Assembly (NCBI GenBank): GCA_034520945.1
Contig: JAXHNB010000001.1
Coordinates: forward strand, 160,001-224,000
Length of the DNA stretch: 64,000 bases
Source: Trueperaceae bacterium
GTDB taxonomy: Bacteria; Deinococcota; Deinococci; Deinococcales; Trueperaceae
Direction: 5' to 3'
Part shown: positions 1 through 9,397 of the stretch, piece by piece
Numbering within the stretch: position 1 is the stretch's first letter
Layout: each line of letters starts with the position of its first letter
Notes under the pieces: generated by a model
The model's input: the letters and a program-made list of their open reading frames with translations, nothing else
Database searches by the model: none
What the model was told of the DNA's origin: nothing
Position numbers and translations under genes: made by a program

Positions 1-1039
1 CGTTGATCCAGGCGAGCAGCTCGAGGGCGGCGTCGTAGCGCTCCTGCGAGCGCGCCTCGAGGTTCGAGGGAACGACCCACATGTGGCTGTCGGCCCAGGT
101 GGCTGCCTCCTCGAAGATGGCCGGGAAGGACGCGACGTAGTAGTCGTTCAGCGGGACGTCGGCGTCGGCGGCCTGTGCGTCGTAGAAGTCGACGACCCAG
201 GTGCCGTTGACGAGAACGGCCGCCTCGCCGTCCAGGAAGGCCTGCTGCGAGTCGGCGTAGTTGAGCTCGGGGTCGGCGTACCCGGCGTCGAACAGGGCGA
301 CGATCGATTCGACGGCGGCCACCGCCTCGGGCGAGTCGACGTGGGCGGTGTCGCCCGCGATCAGCTCGGCGCCCTGCTGCCACATGAGCGCCAGGACCAG
401 GCGGACGCCGATCGGGAACTGCGCGAAGTCGGCGGCGAGGTAGTCGACGCCGGTCGCCTCTTCGACCATGGCGGCGTGTTCGAGCATCTCTTCCGGGCTC
501 GAGGGCAGGATCGGTGTGCCGTCGTCGTTCACCAGGCCCGCCTGCTCCATCAGCTGCATGTTGACGTGCCAGAGGTTGGCGTGCAGGTCCATCGGCATGC
601 CGTAGATGTCGCCGTCCCACGTGACGCCGGCCAAAGCACCGTCGGTCCAGTCGCTGGGATCGATGCCGGCGGCGGCGAGGTCGTCCTCGCTCAGCGCGGC
701 GAGCGCGCCGAGGCTGGCGAACTCGGCCAGGCTGCTCCGGTGCATCACGTGCACGTCGGGCGGGTTGCCACCGGCGTAGCTGGCCTTGATCTGGTCGTAG
801 TAGTTGCCCCAATCGGTCGGAAGCGTGTTCACCACGACGCCGTTGTCCTCGGCGCTGAAGGCGTTGACGATCGTCTGGATGATGCACGCTTCGCCGGTGG
901 CGGCGGCCATGTCGGTCCCGGCGTCCTCGCAGGCGCCGAAGAAGCGGCCGAGCGAGATCTCGGTCTGGGCGGTGGCGACGGGCAGGGCCAGAAGCAGCGC
1001 GGCGAATAGGATGGCGGGGCGAAACAGCGGTCGGGTCAT
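1..1039 (-). CDS. Sugar ABC transporter substrate-binding protein (runs off the left window edge)
   Basis: ATG at 1039 with GGAGG upstream. Reads MTRPLFRPAILFAALLLALPVATAQ (signal peptide), then ...YYDQIKASYAGGNPPDV..., typical of family 1 extracellular solute-binding proteins. Follows two permeases. Absent from the ORF track because the stop lies outside the window. Confidence 0.88.
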   Translation of the reverse strand, partial: MTRPLFRPAILFAALLLALPVATAQTEISLGRFFGACEDAGTDMAAATGEACIIQTIVNAFSAEDNGVVVNTLPTDWGNYYDQIKASYAGGNPPDVHVMHRSSLAEFASLGALAALSEDDLAAAGIDPSDWTDGALAGVTWDGDIYGMPMDLHANLWHVNMQLMEQAGLVNDDGTPILPSSPEEMLEHAAMVEEATGVDYLAADFAQFPIGVRLVLALMWQQGAELIAGDTAHVDSPEAVAAVESIVALFDAGYADPELNYADSQQAFLDGEAAVLVNGTWVVDFYDAQAADADVPLNDYYVASFPAIFEEAATWADSHMWVVPSNLEARSQERYDAALELLAWIN

Positions 1040-1154
1040 GCGGGACCTCCTGGGTCGAGCGGGCGAGAGGCGGCGGGCGGTTCGGCGGGCACGGCGGGCG
1101 GGCATCGGTGCGGCGGGCCGGCGCGGGCCGGCGGCGCGTGCGATCCGAGGGGCG

Positions 1155-1994
1155 TCACTTGCCGCCCCCCATCGCGATTCCGCGGACCACGTAGCTTTGG
1201 AATGCCAGGAACAGCGCGATCACCGGCAACGAGGCCGCCACGCCCGACGCCATGACGCGTCCCAGGCCCTCGGACTGCGCGAAGTTGGTCTGCAGCGAGG
1301 CGAGACCGACGGTGATCGTGAACATCTCGGGCTGGTTGGCCGAGATCAGCGGCCACAGGTAGTCGTTCCAGGCGTACAGAAAGGTGAGGATCCCCAGCGT
1401 GGTGGCGGCCGGGACCGAGAGCGGCAGCATGATGCGGGTGAAGATGGTGAGCCGGTTCGCGCCGTCCAGCATGGCGGCCTCCTCGAGGTAGCCGGGGATG
1501 CCGCGGAAGAACTGCGTCATCAGGAACACGCCGATCGGCACCGCCACGCGGGGGGCGATCAGCGCGGCGTAGCCGTTGTGCCAGCCCCAGTCGGCGAACA
1601 TGGTGTAGAGCGGAATGAAGATCGCCTGCTCGGGGACGACCAGTCCGGCCAGCACGAAGGCGTAGAGCAGGTTGCGTCCGCGGAACGGGATCCGCGCGAA
1701 GGCGTAGCCGGCCAGCGTGCTGAGCGTCAGCGCCAGCGCGGTCATGGCGGTCGCGACGATCATGCTGTTCAGGAACCATCGCGGCGTGAGCCCCATCTCC
1801 AGCAGCCGCTGGTAGTTCTCCAGCGTGAACGGAAGCGGGATCAGGCCCAGCGCGGTGTTCGAGGTCGTGCGCGCCAGCAGGTCGTTCGGCTGCAGGCTCA
1901 TCGACACCATCCAGGCGATCGGCACCAGCCACGCCAGGGCGAACAGCGTGAGCAGCACCATCGTGACGCGGTTGGCGGCACGTGCACCGACCAT
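1155..1994 (-). CDS. Carbohydrate ABC transporter permease (MalG-like)
   Basis: C-terminal part of ORF 1155..3188. EAA motif LEEAAMLDGA. ATG overlaps the stop of the upstream permease. Confidence 0.92.
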   Translation of the reverse strand: MVGARAANRVTMVLLTLFALAWLVPIAWMVSMSLQPNDLLARTTSNTALGLIPLPFTLENYQRLLEMGLTPRWFLNSMIVATAMTALALTLSTLAGYAFARIPFRGRNLLYAFVLAGLVVPEQAIFIPLYTMFADWGWHNGYAALIAPRVAVPIGVFLMTQFFRGIPGYLEEAAMLDGANRLTIFTRIMLPLSVPAATTLGILTFLYAWNDYLWPLISANQPEMFTITVGLASLQTNFAQSEGLGRVMASGVAASLPVIALFLAFQSYVVRGIAMGGGK

Positions 1995-3124
1995 CAGTCG
2001 GTCCTCCTCTCGAGTCGAAGCTGGATGACCGAGAACACCAGCATCAGCGCGAACAGCACCATTGCCAGCGCCGAGGCGTAGCCCAGCTGGCCGTCGCGGA
2101 ACGCGCTCTGGTAGATGTAGCGGACCAGCGTCTGGGTCGCGTCGTTCGGGCCTCCGCGCGTGATCAGGTGGGCCTGGCCGAAGACCTGGAAGTGCAGGAT
2201 GATTTCGAACACCACGACGAGGGTGAAGGTGCGCGAAATTCCCGGCAGGGTCACCCAGCGGAACACCTGCCAGCCTCCGGCGCCGTCGAGGTGCGCCGCT
2301 TCGTAGCGCTCCGCGGGGATCTCCTGCAGGCCGGCCAGGAACAGGACCATGGCGAAGCCGAGCGACCACCACACGGTGGCGATCACGATCGCCGGCATGG
2401 CCAGGGTGGGGTTCGTGATCCAGGTGATCGGCTCCAGGCCCAGGGCTCGGAAGGCGTTGGCGAGGATGCCCTGCGCGGGGCTGAAGATGAGTTGCCAGAT
2501 CAGCGTGACCACCGTGACCGAGAGCACCTGGCTGATGAAGAAGGCGGTGCGCAGCGTGGCGGCGTACGGTCCGGCATGGTTCAGCGCGATGGCCAGCGCC
2601 AGCGCCAGCGCGCAGATGGCCGGCACGGTCGCGGCGACGAACACGAGGGTGTTGCCGACGATCCGGTAGAAGCGCGGGTCGCCCCAGGCGCCTTCGGGGC
2701 CGGTCGTGATGCCGGCCAGCACGCCGAACGCCACGAACATGGCGGCGGCCAGCGAATAGCCGAAGCCGGCCGCGTGCCGACCGCGGAACGTCCGGAGCGC
2801 GATCCAGGCCGCGGCCGCGAGGCCGGCCAGGCGCCATGCCCACCGGGTCGTGGCGGACCAGACGAGGTCGCGCCCCCAGATCATCTCGCGCCAGTTCTCG
2901 AAGCCCTGGAACTGCTTGGCGGAGGGGTCGAAGACCACCGCCAGCAGGTTCCAATCGTGCATCCCGATCCACACGCCACGGGCGAAGGGGTAGACGAGGA
3001 ACAGCAGGTATACGAGCAGAAACGGGGCCACGAAGGCGTAGCCCGCGAGCGCGTCGCGCAGGGTGCGGCGTGAAACCCGGGCTTTGCCGGGGCCGACGGG
3101 CTGTGGGGTTGGCGTGGGCCGCAT
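1994..3124 (-). CDS. Carbohydrate ABC transporter permease (MalF-like)
   Basis: YEAAHLDGAG EAA motif, ITRGGP, LGYASALA. GGAGG RBS. Confidence 0.92.
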   Translation of the reverse strand: MRPTPTPQPVGPGKARVSRRTLRDALAGYAFVAPFLLVYLLFLVYPFARGVWIGMHDWNLLAVVFDPSAKQFQGFENWREMIWGRDLVWSATTRWAWRLAGLAAAAWIALRTFRGRHAAGFGYSLAAAMFVAFGVLAGITTGPEGAWGDPRFYRIVGNTLVFVAATVPAICALALALAIALNHAGPYAATLRTAFFISQVLSVTVVTLIWQLIFSPAQGILANAFRALGLEPITWITNPTLAMPAIVIATVWWSLGFAMVLFLAGLQEIPAERYEAAHLDGAGGWQVFRWVTLPGISRTFTLVVVFEIILHFQVFGQAHLITRGGPNDATQTLVRYIYQSAFRDGQLGYASALAMVLFALMLVFSVIQLRLERRTD

Positions 3125-3173
3125 CGGCCACCTCCGGGATGCGCGCGGAAACCCATGAACAAAATCGGACTAT

Positions 3174-3281
3174 TTCGATTATTAGCACGATAAAGGAAAA
3201 GGGTCAACCCCTCGCCTCGCCTATCGCAAGAAACATGCGTGGAGCACGCATCTCATTACGTTCGATAGAAGTCGTGATAAA
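3174..3281. promoter_or_regulatory. Two copies of TTCGAT-N9-GATAAA in the AT-rich divergent promoter region; candidate operators of the adjacent regulator
   Basis: ttcgat-tattagcac-gataaa (3174-3194) and ttcgat-agaagtcgt-gataaa (3261-3281). Confidence 0.5.
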
Positions 3282-3306
3282 TGCCGTCGCGTGGTAGCCT
3301 TCCCCC

Positions 3307-4262
3307 ATGAACGGCCGCTCACAGGAGGACGCGCACGGCTACCGTGAATTGACGCTCGAGGCGCAGGCCGCCGCGTCGGCCGCGGTCCTCAAGGCGCTGG
3401 CCTCCCAGCCGCGCTTGCGGATCCTCGAGCTGCTGGCCGATCGCATCCTCAACGTCAGCGAGGTCGCCGAGGCGCTGGGCTCGCCCGTCTCGACGGTGAC
3501 GTCGCACGTCACGGTGCTCGAGGAGGCCGGGCTGCTGCGCGCCGAGATGAAGCCGGGCGAGCGGGGCCTCCAGAAGGTGTGCCAGCGGGTCTACGACCGG
3601 GTCCGGCTCGAGCTCCCCGGCTCGGCGAAGCGTGACGAGCCCACGACGCTGACGGTGTCGATGCCGGTCGGCGCCTACGTCGATGCCGAGGTGGTGCCGA
3701 CCTGCGGGTTGGCCGGCCCCGATGCGCTCATCGGCCTGGTCGACGACCCCGCCTCGTTCTTCGAGCCCGGTCACGCCGAGGCGTCGTTGGTGTGGTTCCG
3801 CCAAGGACGGCTGAGCTACCGGTTCCCGAACCGGTTGCCGCCGCGCACCGTGCCGGAGGTGCTGCGCCTCCGCGCCGAGCTTTGCAGCGAGGCGCCCATG
3901 CACCACGACGACTGGCCGTCCGACATCACGGTGTGGATCAACGACGTGCGGGTCGCGACCTGGACGTCACCCGCCGACTTCGGCGGCCAGCGAGGCATGC
4001 TGACGCCGAGCTGGTGGGACGAGCGCAACAGCCAGTTCGGACTGCTCAAGGAGTGGCGCGTCACCCAGGAGGGCACCTGGATCGATGGCGTACGGGTGTC
4101 CGACGTGACGCTGGACGAGCTGGCGATCAAAGGGCGACGCACCATCGACGTGCGGATCGGTGTCGAGGCCGACGCCACCCACGTCGGCGGCATCAACCTC
4201 TTCGGCCGGCGCTTCGGCAACTATCCGGAGGATTTGACCTTGAGCGTCGCCTACAGGCCGGC
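3307..4262 (+). CDS. ArsR-HTH transcriptional regulator with large C-terminal beta-rich domain (COG4189-like, sugar-locus associated); 3' end corrupted
   Basis: N-terminal LKALASQPRLRILELL..NVSEVAEALG..STVTSHVTVLEEAGL HTH. C-terminal PTCGL, WPSDITVWIN, SQFGLLKEW, GGINLFGRRFGNY. No stop where the family normally ends (~4260); the ORF runs on to 4902 through scrambled sequence, so the end coordinate is approximate. Confidence 0.8.
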
Positions 4263-4347
4263 ACCGCGCAGGCCGACGTGCGCGTCTCGCAGTCGACCGT
4301 GCGCACGACCAGCTCGGTCTGGCAACGACGCATCGATCCGCGGCCTC
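4263..4347. repeat. Indel-rich degenerate copy of 5466-5545 (3' end of the lacI gene)
   Basis: Shared blocks ggccgacgt, accagctcggtc, ggcaacgacgcatcg and tccgcggcctc occur in the same order in both copies, separated by 1-2 nt insertions. Confidence 0.8.
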
Positions 4348-4381
4348 GTCCTGACTGACGTCGCCTGCATCGCCGGCCTGT

Positions 4382-5392
4382 CTCGCCGGCCTGCGCGAGC
4401 TCTTCGGTCGGGTCGCTGCGCCGATCGAAGTCTCCCGCGACGTCGCGACCCTCCTTACCAAGGTCGACGAGGCGCTCGCGGCGCACGAGGGCGCCCTCGA
4501 CGGCCCGCTCGACGACGGTCGTCGACGCGCCGTCATGGACGCGCTCGGTCGCGCAATCAGCGCGTACCGCGAGCGCCTCTACCGCGACGGCCCCTCGCAC
4601 CACGCCAGCGAGATCGACGGGGCGATCCTCGACCGCTTTCTGGCGCGGGCCCAGGCGTGGCTCGATCACACGCTCCGCGCCAACCGGCGCGAGGACGCCA
4701 TGTTCCACAGCTACAACCTGCTCTCGCTCGAAGACGGCGTCGCGCGCGTGGCACCGCTCGACGAGATGCTCGAGGGACAGGTCGCGGCGCTCTCGTCCGG
4801 GCTCCTGTCCAGCGACGACGCGCTGGCGCTGCTCGCGTCGCTCCGCGCCAGCCGCCTCTACCGGCCCGACCAGCACAGCTACGTCCTGTACCCCGATCGT
4901 GACCTGCCTGGCTTCCTCGCCAAGAACCGCATTCCCGAGAAGGCCGTGTCCGACTCGCGGTTGGTGGCGGCGCTGCTGAACCGCGGCGACGGGCGCCTGA
5001 TCGTGCGGGACGTGGACGGCGGGCTGCACTTCGCCGCCGGCCTCGCCAACGCGCGGAGCGTCAGGAAGGTTCTCGTTGGCCTCGCGGAGGAGGGACCCCT
5101 CGCGGACCTGGTCGCGGCCGACGGCGATCACCTGGTAGCGCTGTTCGACGACGTCTTCGACCACGCCTCGTTCACGGGCCGCTCGGGCACGTTCTTCGCC
5201 TACGAGGGGCTCGGCAGCATCTACTGGCACATGGTCTCGAAACTGCAGCTGGCCGTGCTGGAGACCTGGCGGCGTGCCACCGGGCGCGACGAGCCGCCCG
5301 CGACGATCGCGGCCCTCGCCGACGCGTACTACGACGTCCGCTCCGGCCTGGGCTTCCACAAGACGCCCGAGGCCTACGGCGCCTTTCCCACC
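4382..5392 (+). pseudogene. Internal fragment (~335 aa) of a GH149-like beta-1,3-glucan phosphorylase, truncated at both ends
   Basis: Motifs FHSYNL, EMLEGQVAALSSG, LYRPDQHSYVLYP, FTGRSGTFFAYEGLGSIYWHMVSKL and YGAFPT, which I recall from GH149 proteins (>1000 aa). No credible start; the frame degrades right after AFPT. Confidence 0.72.
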
Positions 5393-5443
5393 CGCCGACC
5401 GACGTGCCGATCGCGTTGTCCGCCACGACCTACGCGCCACGAC

Positions 5444-6499
5444 CTACGCTGGGTCGGGCGGGCCGACCGTGCGCAAGGCCGACGTCGCCCCGCACGACCT
5501 GCGTACCACCAGCTCGGTCGGCAACGACGCATCGTCCGCGGCCTCTCCGGAGTGCCTCTCGATGCGCGCGATCAGCCGTTTCGCGGCAAGGGCGCCCATT
5601 TCGACCGCCGGCAGGCGCACGGTCGTCAGCGGCGGGCAGGCGTGCGCGGCCAGGGGGATGTCGTCGAAGCCGACCACCGCCACGTCGTCGGGAATGCGCA
5701 ACCCGGCCGCGCGAAGGGCGCTCATCGCGCCGAAGGCGACGGTGTCGTTGCCGGCGAACACCGCGTCGGGTCGCCGGCGGGCCAGCAGCCGATCCATCGC
5801 TGCGCGTCCGCTCTCGGCCGAGAAGTCGGCGACCTCGGTCCATCCGTCTCCGGCGTCGAGGCCGGCGGCGCGCAGCGCGGCGCGCCAGCCCTCGAGCCGC
5901 ATCGCGGAGCTGTGGTGGGCCAGCGGTGCGTAGGGAAGGTGCGCGATGCGGCGACGGCCCAGCGTGATCAGGTGTTCGCACAGTCGGCGCGCGGCGCCGA
6001 CGTTGTCGACGTCCACCTGCGGTCCCGCCGCGGCGTGCCCGATCACCACGACCGGGAAGCCGTCCGCGATCAGCTTCGGCAGGCGCGTGTCGTCCTCGCG
6101 CGGGTTCAGCACGATCAGGCCGTCGATCTGCTTGCCGCGCACCAGCTGGTGGTAGGCGTCGGGGGCGGTGACGTCCTCCAGCGCTTCGACCAGCACGCGG
6201 AACCCGCTGCGGTGCGCCTCCTCGTTGAGGCTGAACAGCGCCTGCGGGACGAAGGCGTCGGTCTTGAGGCGTTCGCTGTAGGTGATCACCAGCCCCAGCG
6301 TGCGCGCGCGGCCGGAGGCCAGCTGGCGGGCGGCGGCCGAGGGGACGTAGCCCAACTCGTCGGCCGCCTGGAGCACCCGGCGGCGGGTGGTGTCGGCGAT
6401 GACGACCGACGTGACCCCGTTCAGCACCACCGACACGGTGCTTCGGGACACCCCGGCGCGGCGCGCCACCTCGCGGCTGGTCGGCGCGCGTCGCTTCAC
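5444..6499 (-). CDS. LacI-family transcriptional regulator
   Basis: TSREVARRAGVSRSTVSVVLN HTH; DDVAVVGFDD, PPLTTVRLP. Confidence 0.95.
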   Translation of the reverse strand: MKRRAPTSREVARRAGVSRSTVSVVLNGVTSVVIADTTRRRVLQAADELGYVPSAAARQLASGRARTLGLVITYSERLKTDAFVPQALFSLNEEAHRSGFRVLVEALEDVTAPDAYHQLVRGKQIDGLIVLNPREDDTRLPKLIADGFPVVVIGHAAAGPQVDVDNVGAARRLCEHLITLGRRRIAHLPYAPLAHHSSAMRLEGWRAALRAAGLDAGDGWTEVADFSAESGRAAMDRLLARRRPDAVFAGNDTVAFGAMSALRAAGLRIPDDVAVVGFDDIPLAAHACPPLTTVRLPAVEMGALAAKRLIARIERHSGEAADDASLPTELVVRRSCGATSALRTVGPPDPA

Positions 6500-8517
6500 G
6501 CGGGTCCGCGCTCGCGTGCGCGCGGGGCGGACGGCGGTTCGGGGGCGGAGGCGAACGTCACGCCGTACGGCGCCAGCGACACCCCTTCCACGCGGAGGGC
6601 GTAGTCGGTGAAGTTCAGCCAGGTGTCGCCGCTGCGGCGTACGCCCTCGGGCAGGAGGTGCACGGGGAGGCCCGCCTCACGGAGGATCGGCCCCAGCAAA
6701 TGCGTCATCGCCTCCGGTTCGAACAGCGCACCGAGCGTGCGGGTCTCGCCGTCGCCGGTGGCGCGGCGGAGGTACGCGGCCGCCCCGCGGTAGGCGGGGT
6801 CTTCGTAGTAGGCCAGCACGTCGGCGTCGTCGGCCTCCAGCAGGTCGGCCCAGGTGGCGTAGGTCAGGATCAGGTCCGGTTCGAGGATTTCGGCGTCGTC
6901 GGTGACGCGCACGGTGCGGCGCTCGCCGGGACGGAGGCCGTCGACGCGGCCGACGCGGCCGCCCGCCAGCGTCCGCAGGGGGCCCGGGGCCGCCTCGAAG
7001 GCGCGGTTGCTGGGCGTCTTGGTGCCGCTGCGCGGCCCCAGGACCAGCCGTCCGCCCGCCCGGACGTAGCGCTCCAGGCGCGCCGCCAAGTCGTCGTCGA
7101 CCAGTTGCATGGCGGGCGCGAACAAGACGCGGTATTTCTCGAGCGACCGTCCGCCTTCGGACGGGTCGGCGCCGGCCAGGCGCTTGGGGACGAGGTCGAC
7201 GTCCTGATCCAGGGCGCGCAGGGCTTGGTAGTACGCGAACAGCGCGCCCCAGTAGCTGAATCCCTGCGCGTGCGGCTGGATCTCGGCGGCCCACAGGTCC
7301 TCGTAGTCGAACAGCAGGGCCACGCGGGCGGGGGGCGGGGTGCCGCCGTTCGGGCGGCGCTCGCGCGCCACGGTCCGCGCCTCTTGGTACGCCTGGTCGG
7401 GGCTGCCGTCGTGGCGCAGCAGCCCGGCGTGCATGGTTTCCTGGGCGCCGGTCGCGGCGCGCCAGCGGAACCACGACACCGTCTCCGCGCCGTGCGCGAA
7501 GCCCTGGTGCGTCCACAGCCGGACGGCGCCCTCGGCGGGCAGCGGGTTGCTGCGGGCCCAGTTGACCGGTCCCGGTTGCTGTTCCATCACCCAGTGCGGC
7601 CGGTTCTTCAGGCCGCGGTACAGGTCGTGGCTGAGGGAGACCAGGTCGGGGTGGCCGACGCGGAGGTAGTGGGCCTTGACCTCGTCCGGGAACCGGCTCT
7701 CCTCCAGTTGGCCCAGTGGGTAGTTGTCGAACGCGATCGCGTCCAGGTCGGCGGCCAGGGCGACGTGGTCGAAGTCGCCGAACAGCATCATCGAGTTGTG
7801 GACGATGCGCCGGTCGGAGTGGGCGCGCAGGATCTCGACCTGCAGGCGGTTGTACGCCACCACCCCGTCGGAGGCGAAGCGGCGGAAGTCGAGGCGGTGG
7901 CTGGGGTTGCTCTCGGTCACGGCCTGTTCGGGCAGCTCGACCTCGTCGAAGTCCCGGTAGGTTTGGCTCCAGAAGCGCGTCCACCAGGCGTCGTTCAGCG
8001 CCTCGACGTCGCCGTAGCGCTCGCGGAGCCAGCGGCGGAAGTCGGCTTGGCAGTGGGGGCACCAACAGCGCACGGTGTCGTGGCAGCCGTACTCGTTGTC
8101 GGTCTGCCAGGCGATCAGCCCGGGGTGGCGACCGTAGCGCTCGGCCAGGGCGGTGACGATGCGGCGGGTTTCGCGCTGGTAGTGCGGGTTGCGGAAGCAG
8201 TAGTGCCGTCGCGACCCGAAGCCGCGCCTGCGCCCGTCGCGTCCGACGGGGGGGATGTCGGGGTGGCGGTCGATCAGCCACTTCGGCGGTGTGGCGGTGG
8301 GGGTGCCGAGGATCACGCCGAGGCCGGCCGCGTGGAGGGTGTCCATGGCCTCGTCCAGCCATGCGAAGTCGTACCGGCCGGGATCGGGTTCGAGGAGGCT
8401 CCAGGCGAACTCGCCGATCCGCACCCGGTCGATGCCGACGGCGCGCATGGCGCGGGCGTCGTCGGCCCAGCGCTCGCGTGGCCAGTGTTCGGGGTAGTAG
8501 CAGACGCCGAGGGTCAT
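6496..8517 (-). CDS. Beta-galactosidase, GH42
   Basis: LGVCYYPEHW, IGEFAW, WQTDNEYGC (acid/base Glu), WVMEQQPG (nucleophile), GAQETMHAGL. Confidence 0.95.
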   Translation of the reverse strand: MTLGVCYYPEHWPRERWADDARAMRAVGIDRVRIGEFAWSLLEPDPGRYDFAWLDEAMDTLHAAGLGVILGTPTATPPKWLIDRHPDIPPVGRDGRRRGFGSRRHYCFRNPHYQRETRRIVTALAERYGRHPGLIAWQTDNEYGCHDTVRCWCPHCQADFRRWLRERYGDVEALNDAWWTRFWSQTYRDFDEVELPEQAVTESNPSHRLDFRRFASDGVVAYNRLQVEILRAHSDRRIVHNSMMLFGDFDHVALAADLDAIAFDNYPLGQLEESRFPDEVKAHYLRVGHPDLVSLSHDLYRGLKNRPHWVMEQQPGPVNWARSNPLPAEGAVRLWTHQGFAHGAETVSWFRWRAATGAQETMHAGLLRHDGSPDQAYQEARTVARERRPNGGTPPPARVALLFDYEDLWAAEIQPHAQGFSYWGALFAYYQALRALDQDVDLVPKRLAGADPSEGGRSLEKYRVLFAPAMQLVDDDLAARLERYVRAGGRLVLGPRSGTKTPSNRAFEAAPGPLRTLAGGRVGRVDGLRPGERRTVRVTDDAEILEPDLILTYATWADLLEADDADVLAYYEDPAYRGAAAYLRRATGDGETRTLGALFEPEAMTHLLGPILREAGLPVHLLPEGVRRSGDTWLNFTDYALRVEGVSLAPYGVTFASAPEPPSAPRARERGPA

Positions 8518-8566
8518 GGCGTGTTCCTTTCGGTGCGGTGCCCGGCGGCCGGCGCGTGCGCCGGGG

Positions 8567-9397
8567 TCAGTCCTTGACGGCGCCGGCGGTGATGCCGGCG
8601 ATGAAGTAGCGTTGCAGCCACAGGAACAGGATCAGGAACGGCAGGGTCGCGATGGCCGTGCCGATCATGATGCCGCCCCACGATACGCGGGTCAGGCCGA
8701 CCAGCGTGCCCAGCGCGACGGGGATGGTGTACGCGTCCTTGTTGCTGAGCACCAGCAAGGGCCAGAAGTAGTCGTTCCACTGGAACAGGAACAGCACGAT
8801 GGCGACGGCGGCCAGGGCGGGCTTCATGATCGGCAGCACGATCTGGGCGAAGATCCGGGCCTCGCCCGCGCCGTCGATGCGGGCGGCCTCGAGCAGGTCG
8901 CTGGGGATGGACAGCATGTTTTGGCGCATGAAGAACACGCCGAGCGGGTAGGCCAGCCACGGCAGGATGATCGCCCACCAGGTGTTGGCCATGCCCAGAT
9001 CGCGCGCGACCAGCAGGTATTGCGGGATGGCGCGCACTTCGAACGGAATGGTGAGGGCGGCGATCACGATGGTGAACATCAGGCCGCGGCCGGCGAAGCG
9101 GAACTTGGCGAAGGCGTAGCCGCTCATGGCGGCGATCAGCGTCGCCGTGCTGGTGAAGATGATCGAGATGGCGACCGAGTTGAACACCGCGCGGGTGAAG
9201 TTCAGGTCGCTGTTCAGTTCGCGCCAGTTCTCGCCGAGGTTGACGCCGGGAAGGAGGGTGGGGGGCGCCGCCAGGATCTCGTTGTTCGGCAGGGTCGCGG
9301 CGATAAGCATCCAGACGATGGGGGCGAGGAACAGCAACGCCAGCGGCACCAGCGCCAGGTGGAGCAGCAGGCTGCGCAGCCGTCGGTTGCGTCTCAT
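8567..9397 (-). CDS. Carbohydrate ABC transporter permease (lactose/galactoside, MalG-like)
   Basis: LLEAARIDGA, QWNDYFWPL, GITAGAVK. Confidence 0.93.
   Translation of the reverse strand: MRRNRRLRSLLLHLALVPLALLFLAPIVWMLIAATLPNNEILAAPPTLLPGVNLGENWRELNSDLNFTRAVFNSVAISIIFTSTATLIAAMSGYAFAKFRFAGRGLMFTIVIAALTIPFEVRAIPQYLLVARDLGMANTWWAIILPWLAYPLGVFFMRQNMLSIPSDLLEAARIDGAGEARIFAQIVLPIMKPALAAVAIVLFLFQWNDYFWPLLVLSNKDAYTIPVALGTLVGLTRVSWGGIMIGTAIATLPFLILFLWLQRYFIAGITAGAVKD

Noticed and set aside
3307..4902. 531-aa ArsR fusion protein
   Set aside because: After ~4260 the translation is Arg/Pro-rich off-frame sequence; it is read-through across a corrupted junction.
4263..5545. Diversity-generating retroelement TR/VR pair or mobile-element target duplication
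   Set aside because: Differences between the copies are mainly indels rather than adenine-specific substitutions, and there is no reverse transcriptase, transposase or integrase in the window.
4535..6604. 689-aa ORF as an intact gene
   Set aside because: Only the first ~285 aa resemble GH149; the rest is the antisense shadow of lacI.
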